A stretch of 58,982 nt of DNA from Limisphaerales bacterium (GTDB lineage: Bacteria; Verrucomicrobiota; Verrucomicrobiia; Limisphaerales; SIBE01): NCBI GenBank assembly GCA_044225505.1, contig JBGAIN010000033.1:1-58982 (forward strand). Reading direction: 5' to 3'. Below the pieces are notes generated by a model. It had not been told where the DNA came from, ran no database searches, and saw nothing but the letters and a program-made list of their open reading frames with translations. Within the stretch, counting starts at the first letter, position 1, and every line of letters begins with the position of its first letter. Shown here piece by piece: positions 52,363 through 58,982 of this stretch. A program made the position numbers and the translations under genes.

Positions 52363-53031
52363 ATGATCCGTCGAGATTACCTGCTGCGAATGATCGACCA
52401 ATGCGTCCGTGCGCTCATGCGGAGCCGCGAACTGGCCGACCTGCGGCAGTACGACCTTGCCCAGGGGGAAGTGGACCAGGCATTTCAGAGTCTCCTCGGA
52501 ATGAGCGCCACGGATGCCCTGAAGCTGCCCGAACCGGAATTGACCGCGCTTTTGCTCCAAGGTGAACCACCGTTGGTTCTTCCTCAGAAAAGTCTGCTCT
52601 GTGTCACACTGTTCTACCGGGCCGGTGAACTTGCGGCCGGCCGCGGGGATCTGCCTGGGAGTCAGGCGTTCCACCTCAAAGCGTTGAACTTTAGGCTGCT
52701 CTCTTTATGGCGCGATGCCGATCCACTGGTCCCTGACTACGTGCCCAACTTGGAGGTTTTAATCGGAGCCTTGGACAGCACAACGCTTCCTCCCGAAATC
52801 TCGATTCGCTTGATGCAAGCGTACGAACAATCCGGGCAGTTTGCCAAAGCGGAGGACGTTCTCTTTGACCTGGTCGCCAATTTGCCGCACGAAGGTTCCA
52901 TCGCAGAGTTCGGCCGCCAATTTTATCGGCGTCTCCTCCGACAGTCGGATGACGCCCTCACTCTGGGAAATTTGCCCCGGAACGAAGTGGAACTTGGCTT
53001 GCGTGATCTGGAATCCCGCCAGACGACGTAG
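52363..53031 (+). CDS. Conserved hypothetical protein (DUF6483-like, helical)
   Basis: MIRRDYLLRMI N-terminus; FAKAEDVLF and GNLPRNEV motifs. Confidence 0.65.
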   Translation: MIRRDYLLRMIDQCVRALMRSRELADLRQYDLAQGEVDQAFQSLLGMSATDALKLPEPELTALLLQGEPPLVLPQKSLLCVTLFYRAGELAAGRGDLPGSQAFHLKALNFRLLSLWRDADPLVPDYVPNLEVLIGALDSTTLPPEISIRLMQAYEQSGQFAKAEDVLFDLVANLPHEGSIAEFGRQFYRRLLRQSDDALTLGNLPRNEVELGLRDLESRQTT

Positions 53032-53068
53032 TGTCGCCACGCTAGTGCCGCTCTTCGCCTCCACTCCG

Positions 53069-53158
53069 GGGGCGCGGCTAGGTGCGGAGCACTAGCCGCA
53101 GGTTCGGAAGATCAGCACGGGGCGCGGCTGTATGCCTAGCATCAGCCGCAGGTTTCGG
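53069..53158. repeat. Tandem pair of REP-like palindromes
   Basis: GGGGCGCGGCT-N-AGCCGCAGGTT(T)CGG occurs twice with a 50-bp period; each copy forms a hairpin. Confidence 0.7.
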
Positions 53159-53291
53159 CCTTTTCATCCTACTCGATCTTCGTTCGCGCCGTGGCAGCTC
53201 CGCTCCAGCACCCGCGCACGCCTCTCATGAAAATGGTTGCGCCCAGGGAATTTCCTTTTGACTCCGTCGCTAAGAATGCAAATTTCCTCGC

Positions 53292-54494
53292 ATGCAGTTC
53301 CCTGAGTTTCTTTGGCGCCGAATTTTGCCCTGTGGCCGTGGGTTCGTCTGGACCCGAGTCGTCCATTGGCTGCCTGTGCTTCTGGGAGTGGGCATCGCGA
53401 TGAATCAAGGGGCGGAGCCTTCCGATCGTGCCGCGGTTGCCGTCGAAGCGTTGCGGCGTTTAAAAGGAGTGGATCTGGAAGCAAACCCAGCGTTAAAACG
53501 TGCGGTGGAGACGATCCTGACGTCTGTGAAAGGAACCCCGCAGTTTGTGGAACTGGTTCGTGAGTTTAATGTGAAAGGCCAGGAACCCGCCCTTTTGGAG
53601 TTGGCGTTAAAGCATCCCAGCGATGCCGCGGGTGTGGACGCCCTCCGCTTGCTTCTGGCCAACGGCGGATTGCCTCTCATACAGCAGACGATCGAGAGCG
53701 AGCATGCCGGAGCGATGCTCCAGGTCCTGAGCAATGTCCCCGAGAAAGACTGTGTTCCCTTGCTAAGAACGGTCGCGGCCGACGCGCGACGATCTTTGGA
53801 CCAGCGCAAGACGGCAATCCATGCGTTGGCCCAAACGTTCGAGGGCGCGGAATGGCTTATGACCACCGCCACTGATCCGTCTTTCGCTGGAGACCTGCAA
53901 AGGGCCACAAGTCTGGACTTGCTGGGGGCGCGCTGGCCTGAGATTCGAACCAAAGCAGCCGAGCTTTTTCCAAAGGCAGCCCATGCCGGGACGCTTTTAC
54001 CGGCCGTCGCAGACCTGGTGAAGTTGAGAGGGGACGCGGTTCGGGGCGCTGAGGTGTTCGGGCGTGAAACCGTGGGGTGCATTCACTGCCATCAAGCGGG
54101 CGGTCGCGGAACTGACTTTGGTCCGAACCTTACCGAGATCGGCAGTAAACTTGCGAAAGAAGCGATCTATGACGCCATTCTCGATCCGAGCGCTGGCATT
54201 TCCTTCGGGTATGAACCTTGGGTGGTGGAGTTGCGCAATGGCGACGAAGCGTATGGGTTGCTCGCCAGCGAGACGGCCGATGAGGTGGCGATCAAAGCCC
54301 CAACCGGCATTGTCACTCGCTATCGGAAGAGCGAGATTGTCTCCAAGACCATGCAGAAGATGTCGATTATGCCCGCGGGGCTGGCCGAGACGATGTCGCG
54401 CCGGGACCTCGTCGATCTTATCGAGTATCTCTCTTCTTTGCGCAAGCGCGAGCCCACCGGACACGCTGGATCGGCCAACCTCGAAGGCCGGTAG
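53292..54494 (+). CDS. PVC-type heme-binding c-type cytochrome domain protein (start uncertain)
   Basis: HEAT-like helices, then GDAVRGAEVF...CIHCH...GPNLTEIG...SIMPAGL. Confidence 0.82.
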   Translation: MQFPEFLWRRILPCGRGFVWTRVVHWLPVLLGVGIAMNQGAEPSDRAAVAVEALRRLKGVDLEANPALKRAVETILTSVKGTPQFVELVREFNVKGQEPALLELALKHPSDAAGVDALRLLLANGGLPLIQQTIESEHAGAMLQVLSNVPEKDCVPLLRTVAADARRSLDQRKTAIHALAQTFEGAEWLMTTATDPSFAGDLQRATSLDLLGARWPEIRTKAAELFPKAAHAGTLLPAVADLVKLRGDAVRGAEVFGRETVGCIHCHQAGGRGTDFGPNLTEIGSKLAKEAIYDAILDPSAGISFGYEPWVVELRNGDEAYGLLASETADEVAIKAPTGIVTRYRKSEIVSKTMQKMSIMPAGLAETMSRRDLVDLIEYLSSLRKREPTGHAGSANLEGR

Positions 54495-54572
54495 ATCCAG
54501 CCGGGAGCTTAGAAAAATATTCGTCCGGCCTTACCCCCGGCCGTCTGCCACTTCGCGGAGGTCCACACCCAT

Positions 54573-55205
54573 TCACGCGCGACTCCTGGCGGAATTGTGT
54601 CTCCCTTTCCGGGCTGCCGTCGCTGCCCCTTGCCGTAGCTCCACCGCGTGTTCAAGTCGGAGCGATACGTGTTCGATCAGGTCGAAAAGCTGGGCCTGAA
54701 GATTTTTGCTCAGTTCCATGCTGACGGTAAATGAATCTTCCACTTCGACAGCGAGAAGATGGACACGTTCCGGCACGGGCAAATCCAGCTGGCGGGCCAG
54801 CGCCAAAACCTCTCCGATCCCAAGGAAATGGGGTGCGGCCAAAGCTCGCGAACGCAGGTCACCCAGCGAGATCTCGTGCAGAAAACCTGGCGGCGCTTGC
54901 CTGGTTTGAATCGCGTCGACCACGAAGAGTTCGCCGACTCCAACAATGTAATCGAGAAGGGCCAGCCCCATTTCGGAACTCTCAAGGAAGCTAATCTGGG
55001 GGAAACCGCTAAGTTGCTGGCGAACTCCGCGCACGATCTGCAACCCCACCGCGTCGTCACGGAGAATGTCGTTGCCCAAGCCGAGGAGCAAGATCGTCTG
55101 CGCAGGCGATGCTGGACGGCACGGCGGAGGCGCTTGTGGCGCTGTTGTTAGTTTTGCACGATCTGCCGGACGAGCTGGCGATCGTGGTTGTAAAGGCTCA
55201 CGCAT
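54573..55205 (-). CDS. Hydrogenase maturation protease (start uncertain)
   Basis: LGLGNDILRDDAVG, VVDAI, APH; directly after the large subunit. Confidence 0.85.
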   Translation of the reverse strand: MREPLQPRSPARPADRAKLTTAPQAPPPCRPASPAQTILLLGLGNDILRDDAVGLQIVRGVRQQLSGFPQISFLESSEMGLALLDYIVGVGELFVVDAIQTRQAPPGFLHEISLGDLRSRALAAPHFLGIGEVLALARQLDLPVPERVHLLAVEVEDSFTVSMELSKNLQAQLFDLIEHVSLRLEHAVELRQGAATAARKGRHNSARSRA

Positions 55206-56677
55206 AGCGGCAGGTGGCCGGGCAGGGAGTGCGTTGCGCACCCGAAGCACGGGTCATACGCGCGAAACGCCATCTCCACCATGTTCAACAATCCTTCATT
55301 GACGTGCCCCTTATGAATAAGCCCTTTGGCCGCTTTATCCACGCTCATGGCAATGCGGGCGGCGTTGTTCTGGGTGGCCACAATCAAATTGGCTTTGGTG
55401 ATGAGCCCAGCGGCATCAGTCTCAAAGTGGTGAATGAGCGTGCCCCGCGGGGCTTCCACGATTCCAATTCCGACGGTCGGCTGGGCGATTGGGAGAGTGC
55501 GAATGTCGCGGCTGGTTAGCTCAGGATCGCGCACGAGTTCAACCATCCGCTCAGCAGCGTAGATCATCTCCACCACGCGGGCCCAATGGTTGGCGAGCGT
55601 ATGATGCACTGGGCGCCCTCCCAACTTCTCAAAGAACTCATTGCGGGCGGTCTGGGCGAGAGGAGTGGCCATTCCTTCGGAAGCATTCAGCCGGGCGAGC
55701 GGCGCGACCGCGTAGACGCTGCTCTGGGGGCTTTCGTCAAATCCGTGCCAGCCGAGCGGTTTCAAGTAACAGAACTTCACTTGGCTCCATGCCTCCACGC
55801 GTTCGGCAATGAAATCACAGTAGTTTCTGGCGGGAAATTTGGCGTACTCCTTGCCGCTGGCATCGACCACTCGCAGGAGCCCGTCGTAAAAGTTGACGTG
55901 GTTATGCTCGTCAACGAGCCCCATGTAATAGGTCCGATGGGTATAGGCATCCGACGTGATCAGCTTCAAGTAATCCGGGTTCTTCAAGACAATCTCCTTG
56001 AAGACTTGGAGCGTGAATTGGGCAAAATCGAGGGCTTCTTTCGCCAGAGTCTGGAACCCTGGCAAGTCCTCCGGTTTTAAACCTTTGGAAACCCCTCCGG
56101 GCAAGCCCAGCACCGGATGGATCACTTTGCCCCCGAAATACGCAATCAGTTCGCGCAACCGCCGGCGCATCGAAATCACACGTTTGGCCGTTTCTACCCC
56201 CACTTTCTGCACCACCCCTACAATGTTACGCTCCGCCGCCGGCGCTTGCGGCCCCACGATAAAGTCCGGACCCCCTAGCAGATAGACGTGCAGCGCATGG
56301 TCCTCGAGCATAAAGGCGTTGTAGACTAACTCCCGAATCTTGCGCGCGGGAGAGGTGGGAGGAACTCGATAGAGGTCGTCCAGAGCTTTGGTGGCGGCCA
56401 TGTGATGGGCGGTCGGGCAGACCCCGCAGATGCGACTGGTAATCTGAGGCATGTCCTCAGCCGGCCGCCCGACGCTGAACATTTCGAACCCGCGCAGCTC
56501 CGGGATTTGAAGATACGCGTGCTCTACATCGCCAGCCGGATCGAGCAGGATATCGATCTTGCCGTGGCCTTCCAATCGGGTGATGGGATCGATCGTGACC
56601 CGGCGGCGCAAGGCTTCCGCGGCCACGGTGGCGCGGCTTTGAGCTGGGTTCCAGACGTCTTGGGTGGCGCGGTTCAT
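55148..56677 (-). CDS. mvhA: [NiFe]-hydrogenase large subunit, MvhA-like (group 3c)
   Basis: TRLEGHG, L1 RICGVC, EAPRG, L2 DPCFGCATH with a cleavable C-terminal tail. Confidence 0.88.
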   Translation of the reverse strand: MNRATQDVWNPAQSRATVAAEALRRRVTIDPITRLEGHGKIDILLDPAGDVEHAYLQIPELRGFEMFSVGRPAEDMPQITSRICGVCPTAHHMAATKALDDLYRVPPTSPARKIRELVYNAFMLEDHALHVYLLGGPDFIVGPQAPAAERNIVGVVQKVGVETAKRVISMRRRLRELIAYFGGKVIHPVLGLPGGVSKGLKPEDLPGFQTLAKEALDFAQFTLQVFKEIVLKNPDYLKLITSDAYTHRTYYMGLVDEHNHVNFYDGLLRVVDASGKEYAKFPARNYCDFIAERVEAWSQVKFCYLKPLGWHGFDESPQSSVYAVAPLARLNASEGMATPLAQTARNEFFEKLGGRPVHHTLANHWARVVEMIYAAERMVELVRDPELTSRDIRTLPIAQPTVGIGIVEAPRGTLIHHFETDAAGLITKANLIVATQNNAARIAMSVDKAAKGLIHKGHVNEGLLNMVEMAFRAYDPCFGCATHSLPGHLPLCVSLYNHDRQLVRQIVQN

Positions 56678-57672
56678 GAGGACTCCTTCTCTTCTGGGGT
56701 GATGCGGTCGAGATCAATTCTCCGGCGGAGCAGGCTCTTGGCCAGGCCATAGCGATAAAACGTTCCTACCGGATCCGGAATGCCGCCGAGGATTTTGTCG
56801 ATTTCCTCCTCCTCTTTGGATGCGATGTTGGCGCAGAGCGAAGAAAGAATCTTCGCGCCCTGGTCGCGGACACGGGAAGTGGGACCGAAACAGCCGCTGC
56901 ACGGCATGCCCCCGGCCGGGCAGAGGCCTTCGCACCCGCCGCGCGTGGCTGGCCCCAGGCAAACGACTCCTTGCGCCAGGAAACAGAGCTCCGGATCCAA
57001 AGCGGTGAGGTGCGGCCGTTTGAAAGCGGAGAACCGAACGTCGTTCGGCTTGGTGTTTTTTCGAGCGCACTGTTCGCAGAGCGCCACGTCCGGCGCGAGC
57101 ACTGCGCCTCTTGGTGGAAGCTTGCCCTCGAGGAGGGCTCCGACCGCCGCCTTGGTCCCCTTGGGGGTCGGTGGACATCCTGGGATGTAATAGTCCACCG
57201 GCACCACCTGATCGAGAGCGCGGACCAAATGGCGGAACTCGGGTAGAGTCAACTCATGGCCGTTCTCGCGCGCGTGGGTTTGCGGCCGTGTCTTGGCTTC
57301 ATTAACGACGGTCGGGCTTTTTTCGTAAATGTATTCGAAGAGTTGCTCTCGCTGGAACTGATTGGCCAAACTGGGGATTCCGCCCAGTTGGGCGCAAGCG
57401 CCGTAGGCGATAAGATACTGGCTCTTCCGGCGGAGCAGGCAGGCCATCTCTTCCTGCTCGCTCGTCCGAATGGAGCCGTTGAGCAGCGTGGCTAGAATAG
57501 AGCCGTCGGCCAGTGCTTCTACATCCCGCTTCTTGAAATCCATCGCGACCGGCCAAAACACGATGTCGACCGCTTCAACGACGCCTAAGATATCTTCGGC
57601 TAGATCCACCACGGCCTCTTCACAACCGCCGCACGAGGCGCACCAGTAGAATGCGATTTTGGGTTTAGGCAT
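56674..57672 (-). CDS. mvhG: [NiFe]-hydrogenase small subunit, MvhG-like
   Basis: CASCGGC, YGAC, PGCPP, distal CLGPATRGGC...CP...PCSGC. Confidence 0.88.
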   Translation of the reverse strand: MPKPKIAFYWCASCGGCEEAVVDLAEDILGVVEAVDIVFWPVAMDFKKRDVEALADGSILATLLNGSIRTSEQEEMACLLRRKSQYLIAYGACAQLGGIPSLANQFQREQLFEYIYEKSPTVVNEAKTRPQTHARENGHELTLPEFRHLVRALDQVVPVDYYIPGCPPTPKGTKAAVGALLEGKLPPRGAVLAPDVALCEQCARKNTKPNDVRFSAFKRPHLTALDPELCFLAQGVVCLGPATRGGCEGLCPAGGMPCSGCFGPTSRVRDQGAKILSSLCANIASKEEEEIDKILGGIPDPVGTFYRYGLAKSLLRRRIDLDRITPEEKESS

Positions 57673-58303
57673 GAGTGAGCTCCTCTCTGCTTTCGTTCAC
57701 AGCGTGCTCCAGGGTGGCAACTTCCCGGTCCCATTCCTGAAACCGATTTGGCAGGCCCAGCGGACCCAATTTCACGATCGTCTCCGTCAAATCGTTGATG
57801 ACCGTCCGGACCCGTTCCCCTTCCGAAGCCGAGATCCATTCGAGACGGAGACGCCCTTCCGCAATGCCCAAGTCCCGCAGCATCCGCCGCAACATTCGAA
57901 ACCGGCGCAAGCATTTGTGATTCCCCTCGGCATAATGGCAGTCCCCAAGATGGCAGCCACCCAGCAGGACGCCATCGGCACCTTTGGCAAACGCCTCCAA
58001 GACAAACTGCGGATCCACCCGCCCGGAGCACATCAACCGGATGACGCGGACGTTGGGGGCATACTTTAGGCGCGACACGCCCGCCAGGTCGGCGGCTGTG
58101 TAGGTGCACCAGTTACAGAAGAACCCCACGATACGCGGCTGCCAAGCGCCGGGCACGGTGGTGGGAGGGGTGGGAATGGCGGAAGCTGAGTTGGCGTTCA
58201 TAGCGAGAGGGCGAGAGCGATCGTTCATCTTGGATTCCAAGGTTCTGAGCTTGCTGCTCTCCTGGGAGCTTCGAGTTTGGTCTTTTCCGCTTTGATGTTT
58301 CAA
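57665..58303 (-). CDS. mvhD: Hydrogenase iron-sulfur subunit MvhD (true start may be further downstream)
   Basis: FFCNWCTYTAAD, MCSGRVDP, GCHLGDCHY, WISASEG. Confidence 0.9.
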   Translation of the reverse strand: MKHQSGKDQTRSSQESSKLRTLESKMNDRSRPLAMNANSASAIPTPPTTVPGAWQPRIVGFFCNWCTYTAADLAGVSRLKYAPNVRVIRLMCSGRVDPQFVLEAFAKGADGVLLGGCHLGDCHYAEGNHKCLRRFRMLRRMLRDLGIAEGRLRLEWISASEGERVRTVINDLTETIVKLGPLGLPNRFQEWDREVATLEHAVNESREELTHA

Positions 58304-58332
58304 ATATCGGATGGGCCGCTCGACCGTCTGAG

Positions 58333-58982
58333 TCAGAGCGCCAGCACGCCTTCGATCTCATTGAAAATCTGTTCATCCTCGAACAGGTTCTGGCGAATGG
58401 AACCGCTCGGACACGAAGCCACGCAAGTGCCGCATCCCTTGCACAAGGCCGGGTTGATTTGAGCCTTCGCGGTGTCGGCGTTGAGCGTGATCGCGGTGTA
58501 GGGGCAGAGCGGGAGGCACGATTTGCAACCCGAACACTCCTGTTCGTCGATAAACGCGGTATTCGGTTCCTGCTCGATGTAACCGCGATCGATCAGAACC
58601 ATGGCTTCGGCCGCGGCGGCACCTGCTTGGGCAATGCTGTCGGGAATATCCTTTGGTCCCTGGCAACAGCCGGCAATAAAAACGCCATCGGTAAACGTGC
58701 TGACCGGGGCCAGCTTCGGATGCTTCTCCAAAAACCATCCCTCCGTGCCGCAGCTCATGTTGAACAGCCGGCGCACATCTTGGGCGTCCGCGTGAGGCTC
58801 CATGCCTGCCGCCAGGACGATCATGTCCACCGGGATCCGGCGCACGAATCCAGCCAGCGTGTCTTCCACGCGGATGACCAGCTTCCCTTCTTCTTCAGCA
58901 GCCAGGGCCCAGTCCGTGACTTCCGCCACGCGACCGCGCACGAACTGAATGCCTTCCCGGAGCGATTTGTCGTAGAACTCTT
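58333..58982 (-). CDS. hdrA: Heterodisulfide reductase subunit A-like protein, C-terminal part (continues beyond window)
   Basis: EKHPKLAPV, AGCCQGPKDI, two ferredoxin motifs CSGCKSCLPLCP and CKGCGTCVASCP. Confidence 0.88.
   Translation of the reverse strand, partial: EFYDKSLREGIQFVRGRVAEVTDWALAAEEEGKLVIRVEDTLAGFVRRIPVDMIVLAAGMEPHADAQDVRRLFNMSCGTEGWFLEKHPKLAPVSTFTDGVFIAGCCQGPKDIPDSIAQAGAAAAEAMVLIDRGYIEQEPNTAFIDEQECSGCKSCLPLCPYTAITLNADTAKAQINPALCKGCGTCVASCPSGSIRQNLFEDEQIFNEIEGVLAL

Overview
GC-rich bacterial window, probably Verrucomicrobiota (PVC). This is inferred from the LpxC-FabZ fusion, a PVC-type heme-binding protein and Rhs/HEAT cargo; no database search was run. Positions 1-6.15 kb form an accessory island. 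It carries three direct-oriented copies of a 233-bp element bounded by inverted repeats; the element looks like an internally deleted REP-associated (Y1/RAYT) transposase unit. The copies separate ~1.4-kb cassettes encoding a secreted HEAT-repeat protein and an orphan Rhs-tip phospholipase A2 with a membrane immunity candidate. These are followed by a hydrolase fragment, a Fic protein, a dead Rhs tip, an antitoxin with an internally deleted ParE, and an unrelated CTAG-bounded MITE. The rest is mostly core genome: signalling and secreted proteins, metG, a WecA/GT4/DUF2723-TPR cluster, kdsB-pyrG-folC, sdhCAB, a sigma-70 factor, mreBCD-mrdA-rodA-rne, tRNA(CAT), rpsO-pnp-lpxC/fabZ-lpxA, cutC, an NtrC-type two-component pair, and an hdrA-mvhDGA group 3c [NiFe]-hydrogenase operon at the right edge. 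mrdA and pnp are frameshifted, most likely through sequencing or assembly indels, so pseudogene calls need caution. All product calls rest on motifs recognised by eye.
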